Of a stretch of DNA of 55,132 bases, positions 25,224 through 37,594 are shown piece after piece. Each line of letters opens with the position of its first letter. Position 1 is the first letter of the stretch. Source of the DNA: Basidiobolus meristosporus CBS 931.73 (lineage: Eukaryota > Fungi > Basidiobolomycota). Under the pieces are notes generated by a model that had not been told where the DNA came from, did not search any database, and saw only the letters and a program-made list of their open reading frames with translations. Location of the stretch: the NCBI GenBank assembly GCA_002104905.1, contig MCFE01000591.1, positions 1 to 55,132 of the forward strand, read 5' to 3'. Made by a program: the position numbers and the translations under genes.

Positions 25224-26111
25224 TTAGACACGAGCAAGTGCTATGTACTGCTCCAGTGATTTTGGTTTAAAATCGGGATAATTCAAGTTCTGAAGATTCT
25301 CAAGCTTCCCTATTCCGGAAACCAATGGGAGGATATACTGTTCAGGAATATGGACCCCGGGATTCTGCTTAAGATGGGATTCAACAAAGGCCCTCAAGTC
25401 CTCCACGGTGCCCAGTGATTGCCGATGAACCTCTACTCCAAACACCATCTCTAGGCGCTCAGCAATCTCATTGAAGGAGATATCTTCGCCGTTGCATTCA
25501 AAGCGCTCTCCAACATCGGGGTCCAACACTGCCTCCGCAACGAACTTGCCGGTATCCTCCATGTTGATGATGTCAAACCTGGTGTCCCCGTCGCCCCAGA
25601 TACGAAGAGTGCTGGTTTTGGCGTCCCAGACTTGGAATTCGTTGAAAAGTACCTCGACAAAACATCCATTCAATATGTGGGTGACTTTGAAGGCAGGCTT
25701 TTGTGCCGACAGGTAGTCGGCAAACTCCCGCCGAAGAACGAGCCCTGTAGGAGCTAGCTCGTCTTGCAACTGGAACAGGTCAAGCGAGAAAGTGGATGGA
25801 AGGAAGTGCTTCACACTACCACTTTGGTTGATGGCTTCTAGCAAATTCTTCTGTCCATCGATGACAACCTCTCTTCCACCTTGAACTGCTGAAACAACAG
25901 CCTCCTGAGCTTGGCAGGCCTGGACAAGCGAGGCTGGCTGAGAGAGGTCTCCGGTGAAGAGTTGCACCTTGCTTTCCCAGCCTTTTGGAACCTTGTTTAC
26001 GTCACGCACCAGCGCTGATACCTTTACCAGGTCTCCCTTCTGAAGCAACGCTTTGACGATGTTTTGACCAAGAGCCCCGGTGGCTCCAACTACAAGTACT
26101 GAAAGAGTCAT
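25224..26111 (-). CDS. NmrA-like/isoflavone-reductase-like NAD(P)-binding atypical SDR, intronless
   Basis: 295-aa ORF with a Rossmann motif VLVVGATGALG, VSALVR, VVSAVQG, FLPSTFSLD and WGDGD. Confidence 0.85.
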   Translation of the reverse strand: MTLSVLVVGATGALGQNIVKALLQKGDLVKVSALVRDVNKVPKGWESKVQLFTGDLSQPASLVQACQAQEAVVSAVQGGREVVIDGQKNLLEAINQSGSVKHFLPSTFSLDLFQLQDELAPTGLVLRREFADYLSAQKPAFKVTHILNGCFVEVLFNEFQVWDAKTSTLRIWGDGDTRFDIINMEDTGKFVAEAVLDPDVGERFECNGEDISFNEIAERLEMVFGVEVHRQSLGTVEDLRAFVESHLKQNPGVHIPEQYILPLVSGIGKLENLQNLNYPDFKPKSLEQYIALARV

Positions 26112-26503
26112 GATTTTCGATGAGCAGGGTTGGTGGCGCGAGGTGGGTTATATTGGCGTTTGTGAAGGGGAAGTAGAGGTCGTAATCATGGCAGAGGTGT
26201 TATTAGCCTGGTGTGGATGACGTCAATCAGCTGAGAATGTCCGTAGTAATACAACACCTCGACGTCATCATCACCAACACCAGGAATGCCAAAGTTGACC
26301 ATCTGCAAAGCCTCCGAACACCCCACCATTTATGGCAGCGGATCCTAATTAGCCCATCCATATTCTTACTAGTCGTGTTTTGGAATACCTTGGCCCCGAA
26401 TAGGTTTTGTTAGAATGAGTCCCGAAAAATTTCTCATCCAGGAGACCACGGTCTAATCGAATTTATTCACGTTACTAACACAGTCCACCCATTCTCGCCA
26501 GAA

Positions 26504-27262
26504 ATGTTCCTCAGAAACTCGCTTGCCCGTTGTTCACGACCGGTGTCCAGCTCACTTCTGCGCCGGACCCCGACGCTCCCCTCTTTCAACGCTGCACGCT
26601 CCTTCTCTGCGACCACCCAAAGATATGGCAGTGGTCTAGTTGACCAAGACTTGGCTCGCTCTTTGCAAGCCGAGATCGACTTCGAGACCGAAAACGAGGA
26701 GAAGACGGTCCCGGAATTTCTGAAAGAGTTCCAGCAAAGGAACACTTTCAGGATCGAAGACATCCCCGGCCAGTCGGAGGTCACCCTGACTAGGCGTTTC
26801 GGCAAGGAGGCCATCCAGGTGTTGTTTTCCATCAGCGATATCAATAACGCCGAGGAGGCCATGCCGGAGGAGGAGGAGGACGAAGAGGACGAGGAACCAC
26901 TATCGCTTCCATTCGCCGTTCGCTGCAACATCTCCATCACCAAGGGAAGTGACAACGGCTGTCTCAACCTGGATACTATCACCGAAGATACGGATTTCGG
27001 CGTGGAGAGTATCGTCTTTTACAAGGATGCCAAGCTCGCCAAAGAGAACACTGATGAGGCGGATTGGAAGCGAGGTGGCTGTTACGTGGGACCCAACTTC
27101 GGCCAATTGGAGGAGGGGCTCAAAGAGAACGTTCAGAAGTATCTGGAAGACCGTGGCTTCGACGAATACCTGGCCAGTTTTCTTCCCAAGTATATTGAAT
27201 ATAAGGAGCAAAAAGAGTACGTCCAATGGCTTAAGGATGTCAAAGCCTTCGTTGAAAAATAA
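26504..27262 (+). CDS. MAM33: Mitochondrial acidic matrix protein MAM33 (p32/C1QBP family), intronless
   Basis: Arg/Ser-rich presequence, LQAEIDFE, an acidic loop, YVGPNFGQLEEGL..YLEDRGFDEYLASF and KEQKEYVQWL. Confidence 0.93.
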   Translation: MFLRNSLARCSRPVSSSLLRRTPTLPSFNAARSFSATTQRYGSGLVDQDLARSLQAEIDFETENEEKTVPEFLKEFQQRNTFRIEDIPGQSEVTLTRRFGKEAIQVLFSISDINNAEEAMPEEEEDEEDEEPLSLPFAVRCNISITKGSDNGCLNLDTITEDTDFGVESIVFYKDAKLAKENTDEADWKRGGCYVGPNFGQLEEGLKENVQKYLEDRGFDEYLASFLPKYIEYKEQKEYVQWLKDVKAFVEK

Positions 27263-27387
27263 GTGTCTTTATATCTCTCGCCATATTCAAATCGTCGTTT
27301 AAACTCTTCTGTATCCCAATCACTATTCGAGCTATCTCGTATACCATATCACACTGCACATGTAATAAATCGAATTTTCTCTGAACA

Positions 27388-27988
27388 CTACTCATTTGTT
27401 GGCTTTCCTGGTTCGAACCTAAGGCTGATGCTATTCACACAGTGACGTTCATCCGTGGGGGTGTCATATCCTTCTCCCTGGAATACGTGGCCCAAGTGGC
27501 CACCACAAGCGCTGCAGGTGATCTCTGTGCGCTTCATGCCATAGGAGTGATCTTCGTGACGTTCAATCGCTCCTATATGTTGCAAAGGTTCGAAGGTTAA
27601 CCTAGGTGGAAAGTAGAATACACGTTGAGGCCATACCTGGGATGGCGTCGAAAAACGCCGGCCAGCCGCAACCGGAGGCGAACTTGGTGGCGGAAGTGTA
27701 TAGAGGGGATTCGCAGCCGGCGCAGCGGTATACCCCTTCATCAATTTGGTGCTCGTACTCACCACTGTAGGGGGGCTCTGTCCCCTTTTCACGAAGCACA
27801 TGAAACTGGGCTGGGTTGAGTAAGACCCGCCACTCCTCTTCACTCTTTCTCTTGTTGACCCTTTGGTGGGGGGTGAAGGAAATCTGGCGGCGTGTAATGA
27901 GACAACGCAGAAGGGGAGTGCTAAGGGGTGGTACTCTAGGTACTATCCGAGCCGGACTGACGGCCTGAACGAGTCTGCAGCGCCACAT
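27388..27988 (-). CDS. MXR2: Methionine-R-sulfoxide reductase MsrB with putative mitochondrial presequence, one intron
   Basis: [43 protein letters not shown] and RHCVNSISL. Confidence 0.93.
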
Positions 27989-28169
27989 ACTGGATAAATA
28001 ATTGTGGGGAAATGATAGAAGATCAAGTTGGAGCTAAGGCTCGGCAAATATATATGTCTCGTGATTGTTTATTTAGATGGTGAGTGATGGATTTACATGG
28101 GATCTGGGAACGGGTAAATGTGTAAATAATACAAGGCAATTAAGACTAGTACTACGAGGCAAGCCGGTT

Positions 28170-29061
28170 CTAATGAGCACTCAGCTGTGATTGCTGGGCT
28201 TCCTTTTGTTTCCGGAGGAATGCGGAACGCATGGCGAAGTAATCCTTGTGTAGACCACATTCGGTTTTTCCGGAGCCAGACCAGCGGCCACTTCTCTCAT
28301 CCGACAGATCCGTTGTAGGCTTGGTGCTGTGCCAGTCCCCGACAGATCTATACCCATTATCGAGAAGGGAATTGTAGGGCACGTTGTTGGAGCGGATGTA
28401 GGTCCAAACCTGATCGAAGCTCCAGTTAGCCAACGGGTTAAGCTTCAAGAGCCCGGTTCCGGCTTCAATCTCAAGGATACTGATGCTGGAGCGAGCTCCC
28501 TTCTGACTCTTGCGTCTTCCGGTGATAATGGCGGAGACATTCAATTCCTTGTAGGCCCTACGAGCGGGCTCTACCTTGACAAGGTAGTCGTAGCTATCCT
28601 CGTCAGTCTCCCACAATTTGTCGCCGTAGAGGTTGACGAATTCCTCGACGGAACTGCTCCCTTCAGGCTTGTAAACATAGAGAGGAACCTGATAGTGGCT
28701 TTCGCAGCTTCGGGAGAGGTCTAAGGTCTCCGAGAAGTGGTACAGGGTGTCGATGAAAATCAATGGGACGAGGTGCTTGGGTTGCTGTGGGTTTGGGCTC
28801 CATTCGGGATGTTCCTTGCTAATTTTGGAGATCATGTCCAACGCCACCAAACCTACAAACTCTCGGTTAAAGACCCATTCGAATGGTTAGACATAGGGGC
28901 CTGGAATTACCTGAAGGGCCAAATGCGGTGGTTTGGTACAGATTTGGGATGGTGAGGATGGCCCATTCGAGGATCTGTTGTGGGGAGAGTTTGGCGAGCT
29001 GCTGGTTGATATGCTCAAGATGGGAAGGGGTGAAGAGCGATTGTAAGACTGAGGAACCCAT
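28170..29061 (-). CDS. MET16: PAPS reductase, one intron at about 28853-28910
   Basis: LYQTTAFGPSG|LVALDM, IFIDTLYHF, TGRRKSQ, LLKLNPLANW, GYRSVGDWHST and ERSGRW..KTECGLH. Confidence 0.95.
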
Positions 29062-29361
29062 GGTGCGATCGGATCTACGGTGTGCAGGCTAAATGATTTG
29101 GAGAACTGTGGATGCCCATCCTGCTGACTAGTATTTATAGGTCGGCGGACATTGGCAAAGTACGGGGGAAATGGCGTGATTGGGAATGCCAAAGAAGCCA
29201 TCATTCGATCAATTAGTAATTGCAAAGGGATCTCTAAAGTGCATGACGAGTTCTTACTCAGGAAACACCGTCCACACTCTACCCCACATTTCTATGGTGA
29301 ATCCGTAGAGAATATTGCGCCATCTAGATCCAATCACCAGTGGTGAAGATAAGGCAAGGAG

Positions 29362-29439
29362 ATTTGTTTAATGCTCCAAGTAGTAATATTTGTTTAATGC
29401 TCCAAGTAATACTATTTGTTTAGTGCCATGAGTAATCAT
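29362..29439. repeat. Three tandem 26-bp units (ATTTGTTTAATGCTCCAAGTA-like) in the MET16-eIF4B divergent intergenic region
   Basis: Units at 29362-29387, 29388-29413 and a more degenerate one at 29414-29439. Confidence 0.8.
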
Positions 29440-30104
29440 TAAGGTGGTGTTGATTACTGCCGCTTAGCATGACGCCTAAGTACACAAGATGTAATTTGTA
29501 GCGATAATGGCATCATCTCCGTTACGCATGGTGATTCGCTTCCGATCTTTTCTTCCGTGTAGAGCACCACCATCTAGCGAAGATGCTACGTACGGTCATA
29601 TGACATGGCGGGGCTTATTTATCTGGTGTTCGGACTGGCACCGCTTGCAAATGTGTGTGTGTGGGCAGGATTTGTAGGAGGTTCAATGCTGCCAATGCGA
29701 GATCTAATAATGATTAGATAGGATGTGACTGCTGCATCTTAGCAATTTCGCTTCGATCTGAAGAGATCGATTGCCCTTCCAACCAGATCGACACACCACG
29801 CAACGCGCATAACTTAGACAGCAGTCTAAGCGAAATCCAACATATTTGTCCATCATGTTAAGCACAATCGATGGAGTAGCCGAAACCAATGAAGAGCGGT
29901 AACGAGGGGGCGTTCTGATTGGGAGGAGAAATTTTGTTTAGTCGTGAATAGCATCATCCGAAAAAGAGGGCCATCTTCGAAATGGGTATTATTCTCACAA
30001 AGATGGTTTTTTTTCCTCTCGACCTGCGGTAGAAACATAAGAATCCCATTTTCCTAATCAACTTCTTCTCTTGCTAAGTGGTTCAACGAACTATCCCGAC
30101 CAAC

Positions 30105-31551
30105 ATGGGTATGTATCTCTCTTTCTTGTCGGTAGTCAGCCCTCCAACCGGCCCTCCTTGCCTAACCAACTCTCCCAACCCGCACAGCTGAATCACAAGG
30201 AAAAAAAAAGAATAAGGGACAAAAGCTCTCCCTCGCTGATTTCTTGAACGATCAAAGTATGTCCTTCGAGCCCTAGTGGAGCAAACCCCAGCCCCAACTT
30301 ACTAACCTTCCCATCTGCCTTCCGTAGACACCGGCTCCTGGGCTGATGAGATGGCCGAGCTTCCCTCTGCCCGTATGTATATTGTCTTCTTCACTTCCCC
30401 CTTGGAGGGAGCTTTCAAGCTAACCGACCTTTCACACTTCAGCTGCTGCCGCTACCCTTGATGGTTTGAACCGTTCGTTAGCGAACAGTCGAAGGACCTC
30501 TGTTTTTAACGATTTGTATCGGGCTTCGTAGGTGACAGACCACGTGGTGGCTTCGGCGACAGTAGAAGAGAAGGCGCTTTCGGGGATAGCAGAAGAGAGG
30601 GCTCTCGTGGCGGTTTCGGTGGTATGTATCGCATACGTTTTGAGCGAGTGGTTAGAGGGTATCTGGTTTAACAAATCGATGCCCAGAACGTTCCAGCTTC
30701 GACAGACCCCAACGCGGTCCACAAGAGATTCCTGATGTCGCACCCTTCACCGCCTACATTGGCAACTTGCCATTCGATTTGATCGACGCCGACGTTGAGG
30801 ATTTCTTCGCCGGATCCAAGGTAAATTCGAGAACCCTATACAATCCAGGTATTCGGTTGGTAACCAATCCCCCCTGTCCCAGGTCACCAGTGTTAGACTG
30901 GTTCGTGACAAGATGGACGACAAGCCCAAGGGCTTCGGATATGTTGAATTCGAAGATCGTGATTCCTTGGTCAAGGCCCTCGATAAGAACGGCTCTACCC
31001 TCAACAACCGTGCCGTTCGTGTGAACGTTGCTGATCCTCGTAAGTGTTGCTGAGATGGCGATCTGCACCCCGACCCAAGTGTTAACCCCCCCTTCCCATA
31101 TGTAGCTCGTGACCGTCCTGAGGAGCGCAACTGGAGACGCGAGGGTCCCGCTGACTCCTCCCGCTCTGTGTTCGGTTCTTCCCGTGGTGGCTTCGGTCGT
31201 GACAGACAAGAAAGAGAGGAGCGTGGCGGATTCGAGAGACGCGGTGACACCACCTGGGGATCTCGCGGTGCCTTCCAAGATAGAGCTGAGAGACCTGAAA
31301 GGGCTGAGAGACCCGAACGCAGCTTCGAGAGACGTGGTGACACCTCCTGGGGTTCCAACGGCACCTTCAAGAGTAACTTCGAGAACCGTCGCCGCGAGGG
31401 AGAGGAGAGCAAATGGAACTCGGCCCCTCGCAGAAGAGAAGCCCCTTCTACATTCAGCGATTCCGCCGACAACTGGAGAACCAGCAGACCTTCTAACAGA
31501 CCTAACCCTTTCGCCGGTGCCAAACCCAAGGAAGAAAATAGCCAGGAATAA
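30105..31551 (+). CDS. TIF3: Translation initiation factor eIF4B (RRM plus Arg/Gly/Asp-rich repeats), about 6 exons
   Basis: Spliced KKKNKGQKLSLADFL, GSWADEM, PFTAYIGNLPFD, KPKGFGYVEFEDRDSL, DNWR motifs and NPFAGAKP. Confidence 0.9.
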
Positions 31552-32006
31552 ACATTAGATTGTAACCAAGTTATACCAGAGAGATCTTTGATTGGGGTGG
31601 GCACGCCAAGCACCAGTCAACCATGATCCATCTCTCTCTCTCGCATGCTCTTCCCTCTATTCAATGGTATTTCCCTTGCGAAGAATTGCTTTACTACCGG
31701 ATCCAGCGAACTTTCCTTTAACATAAAGATAGAAACAAATTTCTTGCCTTCCTTTTATTTCAAATTTACAATGAACTTGATGCACTGCCGGTGATGTGGA
31801 TGCGCTTGGTTTCCCGACAGAAAAGAGAAATCTATTCTATTCAGAGGAACAATTGGTGGCGAGGGAAGGGCCCCGAGGTGTTGGATGGGTCACCTAGAAA
31901 TTATAGAATACATCGGAGGTTCATGAGGTAATCAAGTCATATTACATGGATGTGTATGTACTGGAGGTTCGGTCATCAACCAAGGTCAATTTACACACCG
32001 TACCAC

Positions 32007-33411
32007 TCAGTCCGAGGGATTCTCGTTTGGTACGGTGATGTCTACAAGCTGCTCTGTGTCAACCAGCGGGTACTCCATCTCAGTGTACGCTGGTGGTTGA
32101 GTGATGATGGTTGTAGACGAAGCGTCTGGGTGTTCGGCCGGAATATCAATGGATACGTGGGTGGACTCGCTTTCGTCGTCCGAGTCGTACGTGATCAATG
32201 ACAACAGGTCTCTTTGCGAGCCTAGTGAACTTCCCTGCCCTATAAACACATCGTTGCCATCTGCATGGCGGTAATGTGATTTGCGGGCATCTAGGTTGGA
32301 GAGTGACATTCGGAATGATATGAGCTGCTCCTCCGTCAGGCTGCTTCCAGATTGCAGTAGCACCGAGTCCCGCTCTACTCCGTAGGCAGGTGGCGGCGAG
32401 AGGATTCCAATAGGTGGTGCTAGTCCCCATTTCTTAACGTTCGCCTCGATAAACACGAATCCAAGCTGGCCAAAGTTCACCTGGAGGTTGCATGGGCCGT
32501 TCGCAGCGATGGTCGGGAAAATATTCAAATGAACGCCTGCCACCGCGTTGCCCAATCTGACTCCGTTTCGAGTGAAGAAAATGGTGCCAGATTGCGGCCG
32601 GTAGCCACATCCAATCACATCCCCTTCGTGGAAGGGGATCCCGTAGGATTTGCCCTTGAGTGGATCATTGCAATACTTTCTCCCGTTGGAATGATAGCCG
32701 ACTGAATGTCGGTTACGACCTAAATTGCACTACGGTTAGTCTCGCGATGCGCATCGCTGTGAGTTTCCGTAACTTACCTGGGAAACGCCAAGAGGGGAAC
32801 GGCTTGGTGGCCACGCCCACTCCTACCGAGGTGCTTTCTGGTTTTTCGAACATCTTCACTTCGAAATAGTACACCGCCTCGCGACGGGGAAGTGGAAGGT
32901 TCGTCTGGACGCAGTGTTCACCTCCATAGAAGGCGACCTCCGTTCTGTCCTGAACAATAACGTTCACTTCCGAGCTGGCCTCAAACTCCCAAGCCGCCAC
33001 TCCTTTCTCCCGAATTAGCGCGCCCTGCTCGGTGGTGAGTTCGTACGACAAACTGCCCGGCGGGTGAGCCTCCTCGAAAGCACGGGATCGCTCAAAAGAT
33101 TGTCGCTCTTCTTCAGTCCAGGAGGCCGACCTTCTGTTCACCAGGTCGTAATCGATGTCGGGAAGGGTTTCGGTGTCTTCGTTGCTCAGTTGGATAGCTC
33201 TGTACGCACTCAAAGACCATAACTTTCTGCGGATAGTCAACATCAGTCCTAGCAGCAGTAGGATGGTTCCGAACACCGACAACGAGATGACCCAAGCGGC
33301 GTTAGCGTCGTGGGCTTCCACGCTCTTTGGAAGAGTCAACAGGAAACCGAGGCACAGCCAGTGCAACGTGCTCTGCGAAAACAATGTTGAACCATAACTC
33401 TTGGGGATCAT
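32007..33411 (-). CDS. SSH4: SSH4/EAR1-like TM plus SPRY domain Rsp5 adaptor, one intron
   Basis: N-terminal TM, CVQTNLPLP..YYFEVKM..VGVGVATKPFP..PG, GDVIGCGYRP..IFFTRNG and PPAY motifs (PPPAY, QPPAY). Confidence 0.85.
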
Positions 33412-34351
33412 GTTTGGGTCAGTCAAAGCTTTAAAGGGTGGTGTGCTTTCTCTAATATATAGGATAAGGGGAGGGGGTATTTCGAAAGAGTGAGTAAACC
33501 TAAAAGTAAAACCGTGGGTACACTCCGGACGTCGGTTTCAAGTAAAGAGATGAGGGTGATTTACAGGTAGAATACAAGTTCGGTCGGTAAAGATGGAGGC
33601 TCAACAGGTGTTCAGCTGCTATTTATGTAAGTGGTACTTACGCAAGTGTGGGCTAAAGAAAAGAGGAATTATCTGGTACGTTGAAAAGTTTGGTGAACAA
33701 ATAGTCAGAAAAGAGGGGGGGGAATATGGACTAATGATCAGTGAGACGATTTTGCCAAATCCGGCCTTCTGGTGTCACGGTTCGTATGGTTTTGGATGGT
33801 TGAGGCGTAAATGGACCACTGCTCATTATATCACCCCAATTCGGTCGAAAACGGAAAATTTCCTTGGCATGAAAAGTCGGCGGGATTTAATGTCCATCCA
33901 TGTAGATTCCTAGAAGCTCAATTGTTCTTTCCCCCTACTCCCCGTGCATTACGAAGCCTGCTTCCCAGAGACAAACGCTCGCTTTCCGATGAAAGGTCCC
34001 GTCCCAATCCATAGATGTTTCACCCTGTGTTCACCGGATATGGCCTTGTGATTAACCGGATTCCTGTGCGTCACGTGATCGGGGTTGGACGGCTACCCTT
34101 GATTATCAATGCATGTATGCATATTAGTCAATTCCTTTATATCCTATTACGACAATAGTGCTACGTTCTCGCCACATCTTCATTTATATGGAATAATGGA
34201 GAGAAAAATACTGAGGTAGTGGGCTTAGAATTAGTTGGTGGTGGACTGGATTAAGGAATGGGGCTTGGTAACGGGCGGCTGCAAAGGGAGACAGAGGAGT
34301 GAGGGGGATGCTGAGGCTGAGGCTGAGGGCAAGGTCATGGTGCGATGCTTC

Positions 34352-37296
34352 CTAATGATACCACTTGTTCTCATTCTTCAGCGAGCTTCCCCCAAACTTG
34401 ACATCATTCTTCAGCGGATCCAAATCATCTAGGAAGCTACTGGAAGCGGTCTGATTAAGGGAAGTATTACCAAAACGATGATTCGTTCGTGAGTTGTTCC
34501 CAAATATGGATGCTACAATCGGTCAGTATCCTTCTCTAAGCTAACTAAATTGGTTCTATTGCTCTTACCTGATGTCACTATCCCCTTTTCAACCGTACGA
34601 TTGGCCCCAAATGGGTTGGCAACGGTTGGCGGCTGGCTGGATCCCTCGTTGTTTGCGGAGAACGGGTTTTTGCCCGGGATGCTCGGTGATTGCGGGCTCG
34701 AGGCAGAAGGGGAGTAGCTCATTGACCGGAATGGTTGACTGAACGGTGACTCGCTTCTCAAAGGTGGCGGGCTGGCCTGCAATGACTGAGGGGAATTCTT
34801 CAGACTTGAGCCATAATTGCCGGCCACCGGGAAGAGCGGCTTGCTCCCTTCGCTGCTGACTGGGACTGATGCGCTTCTGTTGGGAGCATGGCTTGCCTGT
34901 GAGGTGAAGAAAGGGTTCGCCTTGGCAGAGTTGCCCGGATAGCTAGGGGTTGGTTGGAATGGGGATCTCCCCTCACCGGAGGTGGGCTGGTATATGGGGT
35001 TGACCGGTGCGGTTTGATCTACAAAGCTATGCATAGCTGAGTTACCCGGAATGAATGGATGCCCTCTGTCCAAACCGAATGTCTGGTTAGTCCCATTTTG
35101 TCGATCGTAAGCTCCTTTAGCTGAGAAATGGCTGCTCATCGAATCACCGGCCGGCAAATACCCAAAACCAGTCGATGGTGCGACCGGTCCACCCTTATTG
35201 CCAGTTAACTCGGCCAGGAAATCATCCATCGCAGGGTTGCTCGAGTCCTGGGTGGCTGCTGGCGGATCTGCATGACTCGGCTGGGGTTGGGGACGGGGTT
35301 GGGATTGGAGTTGTAGCTGGAACAGATGGGAGATGGAATTTCGGTTTCCTTTCTTTTCCACCATCGAGCTGGGCTCTACCGGGCTGGCATGGTAAAGGTC
35401 AGTTGGGGGGAATTTTTGCTCGAAGGATGAGAAGGATGCGGTGACTGGTGGCTGAGGCGTGCTGCTTGCAACACCAAAGAGCGAGTCAAAGCTACTGGTA
35501 GGGGGCTGGGGCTGAGACAGTGGTTGAGGGGCTGGGCGATAATTGAGCAGAGCATCGAAGGGATCCATGGAGTTGGCATCCTGTCTAGGTTGATATGGTT
35601 CTAAATTTGGAATGGTTGCAGAGGTTAGGTGCCTATTCTTTGGTTTAGAAATATATATACATATATGCATATATACATGAATGTATCTTGCTTACCTGTT
35701 CTTTGTGAATCGTACTGCTGTTGTAAACTGTAATCTGTCAAAGGCTTGGTCAGATTCAGGTCACGTGCTCCGTGACTGGCCGGCTAAATGGCAGTTTCAG
35801 CAAATGCGTCTATAAAGTGCACAGTGGATCACATCTTACCATGGGCAGGTGCAGTCTCAGCACGTCTCAGTTCAAACGCCGCCGAATAGGGCATATTGCT
35901 AGGCTGGGATGTTGGCCCAGGCTGGGGAGATGCATATCCTTTAAAGATGTCGTCAAACGCATTGTTTCCAGTGGGAGATACGGGGTTTGGTAGACTGTTT
36001 GTTCTCGACAGATCACTTGCTAGGAATGCCTGGTCAAATCTGGAGCTGTTGGGTGCTTCTTGCACCGGAAGAGGGCTGGAGGCTATGCCCTGTAGAGAGT
36101 CTGAGAATATGTCGTTGAAGGTTGGCTTGGGGACGTTCGCTAGTTTAGGGAGGGCCGGTTGACTCCCATTCTGCAAAAAGGATTCATGGCCCGTAGAGGT
36201 TCCTTTGCTGGGCTGTGCCTGGGCTACATTGCTTTTCAAACTTTCGGAAGAAACACTCAGATCACCAAACGCCCGGGTGAAGTCGTCCTGTTTCGGGCTT
36301 GTTGAAACGGGTTTGGGACTCCGTAAGGCGGGCTCCTCACTGAACATCTTGGGGGAATACGGAGCAGTGCCGAGTTTTGGAGATGTGAAAGCGGTCGATT
36401 GATCCGTTTTTACAGAACCCCGTCGTCCGCGTACAGTCATCATGGGGGAAGCGATGCCTCCAGGAGTGCCAATATGGCCCAATGAGATGGCGCTGGTGGA
36501 TGGTGAACTGTAGGTTGACTTCCCATCCGAGCCCTGATTAACAGGGAAGGAACCATAGATACGGGGTGCTTAGAACTCACCACAACACTGTCTAAGAGGG
36601 GAGGTGAATCTTACCGTAAGGCTTTCAAGGCTCTGGTTTTTCTTCAACACGGAGAAGGCCTCCTTGTCCAGGTAACGTTTTTCAACGTACTTCTGACGCA
36701 TGAACTTTCGGACCCCCTCCACCGTAGTTAGGTCAGGGATGATATCCTGGGGAGTGATCTTTGCCAGCCAAATACTCTTGGCTCGCTGTCGTACAGTGTG
36801 GATGAGAACTCTGTCCTGCGTTGGGGATGAAAATAAGTCAACCCACCTGATTTCCCCCTTCTTTCAGCGCGGACACTTCGCTGGTAGTAAATGTTGAGGC
36901 GGATAAAGACTTGACCCGATGGCTCAGTTCACGACTAAAATCCGAACCAAGTTTAAGGTGAGGCCAAAGAGGAGCTTGGTGAATGGTGTGGTCTTACTGC
37001 AACCCCGAACATTGTGCACATATAAAGGTGTTGTTCATCAGATTGACGTATACGGGGGACTTTTCCGACGGTAAAGCAAGCGTTAGTTCATAGATCTGTG
37101 GGACGGATGAGGGGATGGAGGGAAACCTTGGCTGGACAGTCGAAGCATTTTTTGTTTTCGGGCAGCTTGAGAAGCTCTCTGATCACTCTGGTCGGCAGGA
37201 AGAGGTGGTTCAGTTGTGAGGCTTGAAAGTGGCAAATAGCCAAGGGGTTCAAGAATACCTTAGGTGTCTTTCCTCTTGCCTTTTGGAAAGGGACAT
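34352..37296 (-). CDS. AGFG1: AGFG1/HRB-like ArfGAP with long Ser/Pro-rich tail and NPF motifs, multi-exon
   Basis: Spliced MSLSKRQEERHLRVIRELLKLPENKKCFDC, HRVKSLSASTF, IWLAK..MRQKYVEKRY, and three NPF motifs (ANPFF, KNPFS, ANPFG). Confidence 0.82.
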
Positions 37297-37594
37297 GCTC
37301 TACGGGCAGGTGAGGGGGAGATGGTAGTTGGGCTTGTGAGCAGACCTGCACCACTACTGAATGGATTTAAATTCATCCCACATACATCCGATTTAGTCAA
37401 CTTCCGAGGAATCAGGGTTAGCACTCTGGTCAACATTGGCCAGACATGGGAATGTTCGGCCAAATTGGCTCCATGGAATCAGCCCCATAATTCACCTTGA
37501 CACCGGAGCCTCGACTGATGGGATTTCACGAGGATTCATTGAATAATATTTTCCCTCGCACGTTGTCATCAGAAATTTTCCCTTTCCAGAGGTC

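Noticed and set aside
27430-27460. Possible selenocysteine in MsrB (and in the Trx CxxC)
   Set aside because: The catalytic codons are ordinary Cys codons (RHCVNS uses TGT; CGPC uses TGC and TGT). There is no in-frame TGA.
29104-29111. AACTGTGG resembling the yeast Met31/Met32 site just upstream of MET16
   Set aside because: A single 8-mer only about 45 bp from the ATG, with no nearby CACGTG partner. That regulon is described for Saccharomycotina, so chance is likely.
29362-29439. CRISPR-like appearance of the 26-bp repeats
   Set aside because: The units are contiguous with no unique spacers, there are no cas genes, and the context is eukaryotic.
34070-34082. GTCACGTGAT E-box/Cbf1-like palindrome upstream of SSH4-like
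   Set aside because: A single short site about 660 bp from the ATG, with no supporting context.
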